The notes below the pieces were generated by a model. That model was not told the origin of the DNA. It worked only from the letters and a program-made list of their open reading frames with translations, and did no database searches. DNA of 64,000 bases from a virus (lineage: Duplodnaviria > Caudoviricetes), in the IMG/VR virus record IMGVR_UViG_3300006127_001273, positions 52,038-116,037 of that record. One strand, written 5' to 3'. Made by a program: the position numbers and the translations under genes. The first letter of the stretch is position 1; each line of letters starts with the position of its first letter. Below are positions 27,173-36,450 of this stretch, one piece after another.

Positions 27173-27995
27173 TATATCGTAGTAAACTCTTTTTATTCAT
27201 TACATGCACATCAAGATCATCAGTACTTGCAGCAATATATTCGCCTAAGTAATCTTGCTTTTCAATTAAAAATTTCATAGAGTTGCCAGACATTGTTATT
27301 AATAAATCTTTATCCAATGTGTATGTCATCTTTCCTGGTAATTCAGCAGCAAACTCTCCATTGGTTTTGCCATTCATTATATGTATTGCAATACTAAAAG
27401 CATAGTCATTCCTATACAATGAGTTATCTACACTATACAATATTCTAAAATAATCCCATTCTTTCTTAATATATTCAATTAAATCAAATAATGCATGTGT
27501 AGCGGCATTCTTCCTAAAGACGAATGTTGTAGCCCAATAAAACGGAATTGAATATTGATTTATCCGTTCATATGCAATGCGGTTACGCCAGTCAGCTAAA
27601 TCAAAACTTTTATGATAAATCTGAAACGATTCTTCTCTGTCAAATGCTAATTTAAGAATAGAAGAATTAATGATGTAATCCGAATCGACTACTAATGTCA
27701 CATCATATGGTGTTAAATTATAAACATTACTTCTAGTTGTATTTTTCCATTCAAAATGATCATGAGATAATGATCCATCATGATATCGTTTTGACATTGA
27801 TAGTTCTGGATTTAATTGGATTATTTGATCAAAACCGTGATCCGGAAACTCATTTTTTAAATAATCAAGATCATTAGTGATAATACTTACCGGAATATCA
27901 AGATGCTGTTTTATCCGAGATGCACAAAAAATTGCCATTTTTACATAGTCAATTCCTTGATTGTTATGTGCAAAAATTACAGCGCCGTTTTTCAT
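27150..27995 (-). CDS. GT8-like (GT-A) glycosyltransferase
   Basis: NGAVIFAHN...DYVKMA, TPYDVTLVVDSDY (DxD), YRNDYAFSIA, DVHVMNK; paralog of 26315-27172. Confidence 0.72.
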   Translation of the reverse strand: MKNGAVIFAHNNQGIDYVKMAIFCASRIKQHLDIPVSIITNDLDYLKNEFPDHGFDQIIQLNPELSMSKRYHDGSLSHDHFEWKNTTRSNVYNLTPYDVTLVVDSDYIINSSILKLAFDREESFQIYHKSFDLADWRNRIAYERINQYSIPFYWATTFVFRKNAATHALFDLIEYIKKEWDYFRILYSVDNSLYRNDYAFSIAIHIMNGKTNGEFAAELPGKMTYTLDKDLLITMSGNSMKFLIEKQDYLGEYIAASTDDLDVHVMNKKSLLRYIDGGNGV

Positions 27996-28342
27996 AAACT
28001 GACTATATCCTTGACACTTCTTTTATTTTTAATGTCAGTATATTTGACAGAATATTCATTTACTGTTTGAAAATACACGTCAACGATATCATTGAAAAAT
28101 TGCTGAACATCATTAATTACAACAGGAAAACTATTTGCATCGATAAACGGAACATCTTCTGTATGTCCTAAATCTAATGTTAATTTTGTAAATGTAATTA
28201 GTTCAGGCGAAACATTAAATGTACCGCCATTGATATAATAGACTGTTTTTTGTTTAAATTCTTCTAGAATCACTCGACGTTGATTCGACAATGTAGCCAT
28301 ATAATTTGCTACATCAAAGGCTTTTTCAATTCGTTCATCCAT
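27992..28342 (-). CDS. Hypothetical protein (possibly tail-assembly related)
   Basis: 116 aa with GAGG RBS; first gene after the structural paralogs. Confidence 0.7.
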   Translation of the reverse strand: MDERIEKAFDVANYMATLSNQRRVILEEFKQKTVYYINGGTFNVSPELITFTKLTLDLGHTEDVPFIDANSFPVVINDVQQFFNDIVDVYFQTVNEYSVKYTDIKNKRSVKDIVSL

Positions 28343-28343
28343 A

Positions 28344-28379
28344 AGATAACCTCAGTAGTTTTTACTACTTTAGTTATCT
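28344..28379 (-). promoter_or_regulatory. Hairpin over the RBS with a late-like motif in its 5' arm
   Basis: mRNA strand AGATAAC-TAA-AGTAG-TAAAAA-CTACT-GAG-GTTATCT-T-ATG; GATAACTA at 28378-28371. Confidence 0.55.
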
Positions 28380-28393
28380 GAGTATATTATAGT

Positions 28394-29377
28394 TTAGACG
28401 AAACTTGAGTTAGTTGCTGTCGGTCCGACTACTGATACATATGAACCCGATGCTCTAGTATAAGCAACAGTACTAGTAATTATACTATCAATAGGTTCGT
28501 TTGCATGAAGTGAGGTATCTTCGTATAAAATTTGAAATATTATTTGTGACGGATTTGGTGTTGCATTAACTTTTGCATTTACCACCAATCGATTTGGGTA
28601 ATAAGTCCCTCCGTCTGTCGATGTGATTGAAGTGAGTAACGATTGATACGAAGTTGTTAAATTATTAAAACCGATTCCTGAAGAAACATACACAGTCTGG
28701 CTCGGCCCGCTTGTATATTGTGTATTAGTGCAGCTAGTTGAATTAAAATTAAAATAAAGTGTACCAACTCTATTAAATGCTGTTTTCCATGCCAGATCTA
28801 ATGCAGTCGACGGAGTTGACGAGTCTAACCCACCACCAGAAATAGTCGGAGTTATTTCAATTCGTCCGCCTGCATTAAAAAAATATCTTGCACAGTCGGA
28901 TGCAGAAACTGGGATATTTTGTCCGTTTGTATATGCAGGAAAATTGACGGTCATAGTATGGGTTGCTAATCCGCTCCAATTTGTTTTAGTAGGGGAATCA
29001 ATAACAGTTCCGCTATACTGTCCCGCTGCCGGAAAAGCTAGTCGATTTACATTTAAATTTATTGCATCTACAATACTATTATATAATGTATAATCTGCTT
29101 GGGTTATTTCTATTGTGTTAGACGGAGCAGCAGGTAGTTGAAGGGTTAATCCTTGATGATAATAACAGGCCAATATATCATTTCTTAATGCTGCCCACTG
29201 TGCCGCAGTGATCTCAGTATACTGAGCTGCCCTGCTACTAGTAACGTTTTGGCCATATCCATATAGTTGACTAATGTCAGTAATCGGTGTATTAGCATAC
29301 GAGCCGGATCCTTGACCTAATATACTTGCAACTGATCCTTGTAATGCATTATATTGTGCTGCTTGAATAGTTCCCAT
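28394..29377 (-). CDS. Virion structural protein (tail/baseplate), paralog A
   Basis: 327 aa, S/T/N/G-rich; RYFFNAGGRIEITPTI shared with 29390-30349. Confidence 0.7.
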   Translation of the reverse strand: MGTIQAAQYNALQGSVASILGQGSGSYANTPITDISQLYGYGQNVTSSRAAQYTEITAAQWAALRNDILACYYHQGLTLQLPAAPSNTIEITQADYTLYNSIVDAINLNVNRLAFPAAGQYSGTVIDSPTKTNWSGLATHTMTVNFPAYTNGQNIPVSASDCARYFFNAGGRIEITPTISGGGLDSSTPSTALDLAWKTAFNRVGTLYFNFNSTSCTNTQYTSGPSQTVYVSSGIGFNNLTTSYQSLLTSITSTDGGTYYPNRLVVNAKVNATPNPSQIIFQILYEDTSLHANEPIDSIITSTVAYTRASGSYVSVVGPTATNSSFV

Positions 29378-29389
29378 ATGCGACCTCTA

Positions 29390-30349
29390 TTATGTAAATG
29401 ACGATGTTGTTAATGACGGCGGGACTACAGATACATAAGATCCCGATGCTCTAGTATATGATATTGTGCTTGTTATAGTGCTATCAACTGGTTCTTTAAT
29501 TGCCCATGTTGCAGATCCTGTACCGAGAGAAGAATCGGAAAATGTAATTTGATACAATATAGCAGTCGGATTTGGTGTTACGTCAACTTTTGCAAAAATT
29601 TGATATTGATTCGGATAATATGTCCCGCCACTCGGCGTTGTTGATGTTACTAACAGTTGAAATGCTGTCGTTAATTGATATGCACCAACTGCGGATGCAA
29701 CGGTCACAGTTTGCCCCGAACCACTTGTATAATTAGTATTTGTAACTGCACTTGAGTTATAATATAAATATGCCGTTCCCATTCTGTTAAAAATAGTTTG
29801 CCATGCAATGTCTAGAGAAGTTGATGCATCAGTAGTAGATAAACCGCCGCCTGCAATAGTCGGAGTAATTTCGATCCTGCCGCCTGCATTAAAAAAATAT
29901 CTAAATGCATTTGCCGATCCAAAACTTAAAGTTGCTGTATGATTATGTGTACCCCATGCCATATTAGTCATTGTAGGATTGGCTAATACCGTTCCGCTAT
30001 ACTGCCCTGCTGCTGGAAATACTTGAGGATTAGTACCAATTGCGGTCACTGCACTCGAATATGCTGCAAAACATATAGAAGAACTATTATCGTAATAAAC
30101 TTTATTTCCTACTGCGGGTGCCGAAATTGCCCTCGGTAATGTTATCCCTTGATGAATTACACATTTATTAATATCGTTAACTAAATTTGTCCATTCAGTT
30201 GTAGTAATTTTATTTGTATTGCTAACTTGAGCACTAGAGACAGTTTGCCCGTAACCACGCACTCCAGACCCTGTTCCTAATAAATTCGAAACTGTAGTTT
30301 GGAGTGTGTTATAATCACTTGCTAATACTTTTGATCCTTGACTTGCCAT
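29390..30349 (-). CDS. Virion structural protein (tail/baseplate), paralog B
   Basis: 319 aa, S/T-rich; many blocks identical to paralog A. Confidence 0.7.
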   Translation of the reverse strand: MASQGSKVLASDYNTLQTTVSNLLGTGSGVRGYGQTVSSAQVSNTNKITTTEWTNLVNDINKCVIHQGITLPRAISAPAVGNKVYYDNSSSICFAAYSSAVTAIGTNPQVFPAAGQYSGTVLANPTMTNMAWGTHNHTATLSFGSANAFRYFFNAGGRIEITPTIAGGGLSTTDASTSLDIAWQTIFNRMGTAYLYYNSSAVTNTNYTSGSGQTVTVASAVGAYQLTTAFQLLVTSTTPSGGTYYPNQYQIFAKVDVTPNPTAILYQITFSDSSLGTGSATWAIKEPVDSTITSTISYTRASGSYVSVVPPSLTTSSFT

Positions 30350-30360
30350 TCGCTACCCTC

Positions 30361-30394
30361 AATGCTAATACTTAGTGTTAAAGTATTAGACATT
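30361..30394 (-). promoter_or_regulatory. 13-bp hairpin spanning a stop codon and the late-like motif CTAAGTA
   Basis: Plus strand AATG-CTAATACTT-AGTGTTA-AAGTATTAG-A-CATT; on the mRNA strand it ends right before GAGGG. Confidence 0.45.
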
Positions 30395-31880
30395 CAACAA
30401 GTTTGATAGTCGGATCGTTATTATCTTCTAATGCAATTGCAAAAATATCCGGTGACTGTGGATCTGCTACCGCAGCACTTCCATTATTACCAGCAAATAA
30501 TCTATTTCCTTTCTTAACTTTTCCAGAAACTTTAACTGGAACACGACCTTTTAATGCAATAAAGGTGCCGCCTTCTAACTCTGCATTCATCATATAAGCA
30601 GGATTTTCACTAACGGCACCGATTGCACGTTGTCCCGGTTGACATGCAGTAACTTCCTTTTCACCGCCGATCATAACAACTGTACCAACGTCATATTCTA
30701 CATCAGCAAGATACTTTTCTGCTAAGTCTGCATAGTTTGCACTAGTAGCAGTACCGACGAAGTATGTGCCTTGAACTGCACCAGCAGTAATCGTTACACC
30801 ATTGATTGTTTGATCAGCTGTTGTTCTAGCAACAATAGTCCCTGCGGTTGCTGCAATCGATGCTGATGATGTTCCAGTGCCTAATGTTACAGTATTCGCT
30901 TGTGTAGCAATACCATTAAATGTAACTGCATTAATTGTAGCAAATCTCAATACGTTGCTGCCTAAATTTGAAGTTGCATCAACCCCAGGGACTATATTAG
31001 AACCGATTAATTTTATCGGTGTTACTGTAGCAGAATTTACAGTTGTCTGAAAAACAATTGTATCTCCAAATTGATTTTGAATAGTAGGAGTAGTTGCACC
31101 GTCGTTAAATACGTGTAATTTTGGAGTATTACCGACAGTAAATCCAGCATCACTAAAATTAGCAAGAGTTGTAAATTGTAAATTACTATTTCTTACAAAG
31201 TCACTAAGGGGATAGCCTCCTAACCTGTCCGAATCTGTTGCTGTTCCCCAAAAACGATGTGTAGTAGTTGTTTGTCCAGGTTGGTTATCATCGTTTGTAT
31301 CGATTAACGTAACACCTTGTTGTACTTTTGTAAATCCGGTAATCGGATTTACAATAGGATCTAGAGCAAATTCTGCATCTGGGCTAATAATGAACACCGT
31401 GGTACCGTTAGTAACTGCTGCGATAATTGTATGTGATGTTCCATATGTGTCTCGAACACTTCTCGATACCATTTCAGTTGTTGCAGAGCCAGGTACTGCT
31501 TGAGGACCAATTAATATGAAATTCGACCCGTCCCACGCATATAATTGCTTATTTGTTGTATCAAACCAAAAATCACCAGTTGTTAAACCAGTTGGTTGTA
31601 TACCGCCAATTTCGGCGCCGCCTGTTGTGCGAAATTTATTTCCATCATAAAATTTTAGTTTACTCGATGATGAATCAAACCAAATTTGTCCCGAAATGGG
31701 TCTCGGCGGCGGAGTATTGTTAGCAAAATTTTCCAATAAGTATAGAAAATTCTCATTTTGAGCGGTTCCGTACCCTGCGTAATTCTTACCAACAATTGTA
31801 ATATCAGTTGTATTATCAATTGTTCCGTCTGGAATCACCGAAAGTTGCGATCCGTTATATCTGTTAATAGTATATGGCAT
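30378..31880 (-). CDS. Tail fibre/spike protein with C-terminal autocleaving chaperone-like domain
   Basis: N-terminal GKNYAGYG...ENFLYLLENFAN...GQIWFD anchor; C-terminal YADLAEKY...GRVPVKV.G.VKKG. Confidence 0.7.
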   Translation of the reverse strand: MPYTINRYNGSQLSVIPDGTIDNTTDITIVGKNYAGYGTAQNENFLYLLENFANNTPPPRPISGQIWFDSSSSKLKFYDGNKFRTTGGAEIGGIQPTGLTTGDFWFDTTNKQLYAWDGSNFILIGPQAVPGSATTEMVSRSVRDTYGTSHTIIAAVTNGTTVFIISPDAEFALDPIVNPITGFTKVQQGVTLIDTNDDNQPGQTTTTHRFWGTATDSDRLGGYPLSDFVRNSNLQFTTLANFSDAGFTVGNTPKLHVFNDGATTPTIQNQFGDTIVFQTTVNSATVTPIKLIGSNIVPGVDATSNLGSNVLRFATINAVTFNGIATQANTVTLGTGTSSASIAATAGTIVARTTADQTINGVTITAGAVQGTYFVGTATSANYADLAEKYLADVEYDVGTVVMIGGEKEVTACQPGQRAIGAVSENPAYMMNAELEGGTFIALKGRVPVKVSGKVKKGNRLFAGNNGSAAVADPQSPDIFAIALEDNNDPTIKLVECLIL

Positions 31881-31901
31881 CTCTGTGTCCTACATGTCTA
31901 G

Positions 31902-31908
31902 TATTTAT
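31902..31908 (-). promoter_or_regulatory. Putative late promoter
   Basis: ATAAATA on the minus strand ~21 nt before ATG 31880. Confidence 0.5.
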
Positions 31909-31925
31909 TTTATTTTAGGCAGTTA

Positions 31926-33584
31926 TTATAGGTCAGCCTGCCACGACCATGTTCCGTTTATCAGTTGATATTCTTTAGTAGTTCTTACACCAGCAGCGAT
32001 ACAGTGGATTCTACATATTGTACTATTAACGTGTTCATATGGCGGATAAACCTTTGTAATAATTACGCTAGCGATTTGATCATTAGCTAATCCTGTAGTA
32101 TCTGACGATAATCCTAACGGTGCTTGTTGTATATTATGTGCAAGATCATTTAAATTTACGGCATCAGTAGGGTTAATTGCACTTGCTAAACTCGAAATTC
32201 TCTTACTGCTAACATCAACAGTTCCTTGATTCTTTGGGGCTAATGTAATAGTTCCGTCTATAACCGATGGATTAGTGTAAGTAATGGTCGAATTAGTAAC
32301 AGAAATACTAGAAACTTGTAATGATCCTAATACTCCGATAGATGTTAATCCCGGAGCACTAATTACTGTCGATCCTAATGTTGTCTGGCTCAATACTTCA
32401 AATCCGTTTACATAGTATCCTTTCCCCGTTGCTACACTAATATTCTCTGATGAGGTCCAACTTGTGTTAGTTAATTTCCATTCCCATGTTTTATTACCGT
32501 CAGAACCAGCTTCGATACTAATACCACCACCATTTGCTGTAGTATTTGATGGATTTGATACTGCACCTAATTGAATAACTAAATCTTCAACATTAACATT
32601 AACTGTATTAATTGTTGTAGTATTACCTTGAACTGTTAAACTACCTCGAATGATCGTGTCACCGTTTACATCTAGTGTAGCTGTAGGTGTGTTAGTGTAA
32701 ATTCCTACTTTTTCTTGCTGTGCATTAACAAATATGCTCGACAATAATCCCGAACTGTTTAATGTGTTAATTTCGAAATTTTGATTTGAAATATTTGATG
32801 CTATTTGAAATAACGACGGAGTTACAATAACTTCAGTATCTTGATTTTGACCTAAAATTAATGAAGTATTATTTTGTATAGTTAAGGTTCCTAACATCGT
32901 TGCATTGTTAATCGACGAAACGAAATTTTCCGGATACATTGCTGTACCATCATGTGCGATTAAATAATCTGCCTGTGTAACCGGCACATGCAATTTAACT
33001 CCCGCGTAATTGCTTGCGGTAAATCCAACATAGATGCTACCTGTAATACCGGATATAGGAGTTAACGGAGTAAATTCGGTCTTACTAAGTACGCCGATTA
33101 GAACTTGTGAAACGTAAACTTTAACAATAGTATGACTACCTTGATTCGAATCAATTACATCTTCAACAGAAAAACCAGAAATTCCTTGATCTTTAGAATA
33201 AACTGGGCCTGCTAATACTAGATTAGAACCATCATAAAAATGTAATTGGTCATTACTACTATCAATCCACAAATCTCCTTGTGTAAATGATGCAGGTTGT
33301 GTGCCTTGTACTATTGTTCCGCCAGATACTTTAAATGTAGAACCGTCGTATACTTTTAGTCGTCCGGTGCTAGTATCATACCATAATTGACCAGCTGTTG
33401 GATTATTAGGTTGCGAAGTATTTGCAAAATTTTCTAGTAGATATACAAAATTTTCATTAATATATGTACCATAATTACTTGCATCTTTACCGATTAGTGT
33501 TAGATCAGTCGAAGTTTGATTAATAGATCCATCTACTATTTCAGCTACAGTTGATCCATCGGTTTTTAATATAGTATAACTCAT
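31926..33584 (-). CDS. Tail fibre/baseplate-associated protein
   Basis: Same N-terminal anchor (LLENFAN...GQLWYD); VGIYT.TP.ATLDVNG; DAVN motif. Confidence 0.7.
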   Translation of the reverse strand: MSYTILKTDGSTVAEIVDGSINQTSTDLTLIGKDASNYGTYINENFVYLLENFANTSQPNNPTAGQLWYDTSTGRLKVYDGSTFKVSGGTIVQGTQPASFTQGDLWIDSSNDQLHFYDGSNLVLAGPVYSKDQGISGFSVEDVIDSNQGSHTIVKVYVSQVLIGVLSKTEFTPLTPISGITGSIYVGFTASNYAGVKLHVPVTQADYLIAHDGTAMYPENFVSSINNATMLGTLTIQNNTSLILGQNQDTEVIVTPSLFQIASNISNQNFEINTLNSSGLLSSIFVNAQQEKVGIYTNTPTATLDVNGDTIIRGSLTVQGNTTTINTVNVNVEDLVIQLGAVSNPSNTTANGGGISIEAGSDGNKTWEWKLTNTSWTSSENISVATGKGYYVNGFEVLSQTTLGSTVISAPGLTSIGVLGSLQVSSISVTNSTITYTNPSVIDGTITLAPKNQGTVDVSSKRISSLASAINPTDAVNLNDLAHNIQQAPLGLSSDTTGLANDQIASVIITKVYPPYEHVNSTICRIHCIAAGVRTTKEYQLINGTWSWQADL

Positions 33585-35791
33585 GAAGTAACTCCGGTAT
33601 AAATGATGTAATTAATAGTAGTATATGGATTCATAGTATTAACAGGTTGTGCCAATCTGTTTGATACCACTCCTCCTGAATATTGATAACCGTATCCAGC
33701 GTTATTAGTTTGTGAAAGACCGTATCCTGCAATTGCCGAGCTGTCTGTAACATTCGGGGCGCCGACTGCGTAATACTGGTTGTTACCACTGCTCATATTA
33801 TGTGTATGATCAGGTAGATTAGACGATAATAATGTTTGTTTCTCGTATCCTGCACCCGCACCTAATGTATCAGCAGTGACGTCTGTAACACGATTAGCTG
33901 CACCGCCGCCTGCATTAATTAAGATATTCGTACTTTCTTTGCTCGGTACAGTCAATTTATTATTCATATTGTCTGCACCTAATGGGAATCGACCTCTCAA
34001 ATCCGGTAATGCAAATGTATTATATCCTAACAACAATGCACTTGCTCGGTACGAGTATTGAATAACTTGGAATAACGTACTATATTTTGAAATTTGAACT
34101 TCACTTCCGTCACATAACAAATATCCTGTTGGAATAATCGTTCCTGCAAACGGAAATATTGCGCCTACCGGTACCACTGGTAGGTTAGAAATAATTGTTT
34201 GTTTCGATGTTTTTCTTAAAATAGTATTAGTAGTGTTAGTTAACGGATTTGTAGTCGTTCTGCTAATCAAGAAATAATCAGTTGACTTAGTATCAGTTAC
34301 TTCTGTTCTGTCTGCAATAATAGTCGAACTTACACTTGTATTAAATGTTGCTGTTCCGCCTGCACCAGTAAATGTTAAATTATCACTAGTTATATCGCCA
34401 GCAAGATTAAATATGGTCGATGTCGCTAGTGAAGTCGAACTACCATTTATGTTACCATTAAATGTTCCGGTAAAAATACCTAAGAAATTCGATGATCGGT
34501 CTGACTTACCAAATGTAGTAGCATATACGTTTCTAAACGAAATAGTATCAGAACCGATGTCGTAATAACCATTAGCAGACGATGTTCCCGGAATCATTAC
34601 TGAACCAGTCATTGGCTGTAAATTATTATTGAGATTATTAAACGATATAGATCCATTTACAATCGAATTTCCGCCAACATATAATCCCTTGTTAACCGCT
34701 AATCCGCCGTTTGTTACAATGCTAGCGTTCGATATACTTAATAATCCATTAGTTTTTATGTCGTTTGTTCCATTTACTACTATCTGTCCGCTAATTGTAG
34801 GGACACTAACAGTATCGTCTTTAACTGTAACAACACCGGCGACATCCAATGCTGTCGCCGGTGCTGTATTATTAGGACCAACTCCGACTCGTGCATTGGC
34901 ATTAAGGTATAGTACAGATTCCGACGCACCGGTACTATTTTTTAGTAGGAAGTTGATTCCCCTACCTGATGTATTTGAATTAAAAATTACTACACTTGTT
35001 GAAGCACTAAGATTAAAACTTAAATCACCGCCTATACTAATACCACCGTCGCTTCGAATGTTAAGAGGATTATTTGTGACACTTACAATGTCACTTCTTA
35101 AAAAGTTGCTCGAATTAACAGTTGTACCATTTACGTTTAATGCGTCTGCTTCGCTTGCTCTTCCCCAAAATTTTGTAGGTGCGGTTGTACTAGACTTGTT
35201 AACTGAATTTAACGTAATTCCTTGATTAATCGAAGAAAACCCTAATATAGTAGTCTTTGGTGTAAATGCTGCATTACTAACTATTGCAACTAGCGTACCG
35301 TCAGAGTATATTCCGGTTACATTGTGTGTTACGTTACTGATATCTGTGATAGGTACAACTTGTGAACCGGTTTGAAATCCTGCACTAAACTGAGGTCCTA
35401 CTAATAACCATGTTGATCCTGAATACACATACACTTGATTATTTGCGGTGTCTACCCACATATCACCAGAAAGTGCCGATGTTGGTGCAATGTTTGCCTT
35501 TCTAATCGATCCGACTGGATTCCATTGTGTTCCGTTATAAACATTAAGTTGATGATTGCCTTTATCGTACCATAATTGCCCTTCAAGAGCTTGACCGCCA
35601 TTTGGTTGATTTTCAGGCGATGCTACGTTTGCAAAATTTTCTAGCAAATGAAGGAAATCTTCTGCAATAATAGGACCGTAACTTGAATAATTTTTACCTA
35701 CAAATGTAAGATTAGTGGAATTATTAAGTTGTTGATCTTGTATAGTAATCGGTGCATTAGACGGATTTGTTGAAGTAATTGTATAACTCAT
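33581..35791 (-). CDS. Short tail fibre-like protein with phage tail collar domain
   Basis: Anchor LLENFAN...GQLWYD; collar VPVGAIFPFAG...GYLLCDGS...FALPDLRGRF; C-terminal MNPY..INYII. Confidence 0.8.
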   Translation of the reverse strand: MSYTITSTNPSNAPITIQDQQLNNSTNLTFVGKNYSSYGPIIAEDFLHLLENFANVASPENQPNGGQALEGQLWYDKGNHQLNVYNGTQWNPVGSIRKANIAPTSALSGDMWVDTANNQVYVYSGSTWLLVGPQFSAGFQTGSQVVPITDISNVTHNVTGIYSDGTLVAIVSNAAFTPKTTILGFSSINQGITLNSVNKSSTTAPTKFWGRASEADALNVNGTTVNSSNFLRSDIVSVTNNPLNIRSDGGISIGGDLSFNLSASTSVVIFNSNTSGRGINFLLKNSTGASESVLYLNANARVGVGPNNTAPATALDVAGVVTVKDDTVSVPTISGQIVVNGTNDIKTNGLLSISNASIVTNGGLAVNKGLYVGGNSIVNGSISFNNLNNNLQPMTGSVMIPGTSSANGYYDIGSDTISFRNVYATTFGKSDRSSNFLGIFTGTFNGNINGSSTSLATSTIFNLAGDITSDNLTFTGAGGTATFNTSVSSTIIADRTEVTDTKSTDYFLISRTTTNPLTNTTNTILRKTSKQTIISNLPVVPVGAIFPFAGTIIPTGYLLCDGSEVQISKYSTLFQVIQYSYRASALLLGYNTFALPDLRGRFPLGADNMNNKLTVPSKESTNILINAGGGAANRVTDVTADTLGAGAGYEKQTLLSSNLPDHTHNMSSGNNQYYAVGAPNVTDSSAIAGYGLSQTNNAGYGYQYSGGVVSNRLAQPVNTMNPYTTINYIIYTGVTS

Positions 35792-35797
35792 ATTGTA

Positions 35798-36403
35798 TTA
35801 CCCCATTAATCCTGTTAGACTTTGAATTCTTACAGTATAATCGATTTGTATTAAACGATTTAACGACTTTTGAACTGGGTGGAAAATTACATGTGTTAAT
35901 AATAATCCAGTACCGTTCAAATTATATGCAACTAATCCTAATTCATCAAAAACGTAAGAACTATTGTTATTAGTTGTATTGTCAAACGCTAACTGATCTG
36001 CAGGCTCACCGTAATCTAATAAACACGTAACAAACACATCAGTGTAAGTTGTTCCAGTAACATGTCTTGTTTCAATAAAGTTTCTAGTAGGATCAGTATT
36101 ATTACTCGATGTATCATTAACAACTTTAATATATGTTTGATTATATAAACTCGCATTTGACCCCGAACTATTCGGCGACAAATACGTAATAATACCTGTT
36201 GGATCTACTGCTGTACCTCCATTACCAAACGCCATTTGATATACGAAACTATCTCCGGTATTTGCAATAGATCGAGCTAATGCTATACTCATATTTTCAT
36301 AATGAATTGCATTCCTTTTATTAACATACGTAATTTTTTCAACAGGATCATGAATATGAATATGACCTTCAATATGTATGCCTGTTAATTCTCTTTTTTC
36401 CAT
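35798..36403 (-). CDS. Virion/baseplate structural protein
   Basis: 201 aa in the late operon; YQMAFGNGGT, FDELGL, LLTHVIFHPVQKS. Confidence 0.65.
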   Translation of the reverse strand: MEKRELTGIHIEGHIHIHDPVEKITYVNKRNAIHYENMSIALARSIANTGDSFVYQMAFGNGGTAVDPTGIITYLSPNSSGSNASLYNQTYIKVVNDTSSNNTDPTRNFIETRHVTGTTYTDVFVTCLLDYGEPADQLAFDNTTNNNSSYVFDELGLVAYNLNGTGLLLTHVIFHPVQKSLNRLIQIDYTVRIQSLTGLMG

Positions 36404-36423
36404 ACGAAACTCTCTTTATTGTA

Positions 36424-36431
36424 TATTTATC
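36424..36431 (-). promoter_or_regulatory. Putative late promoter
   Basis: GATAAATA on the minus strand ~20 nt before ATG 36403. Confidence 0.55.
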
Positions 36432-36450
36432 AAGCACATTAACTACTAAT

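Noticed and set aside
28866-29905. T7 runs in both paralogs as programmed frameshift sites
   Set aside because: They encode the conserved YFF; no evidence of a useful alternative frame.
28394-30349. Diversity-generating retroelement template/variable repeat pair
   Set aside because: Differences are not adenine-specific, both copies are full genes, and there is no reverse transcriptase in the window.
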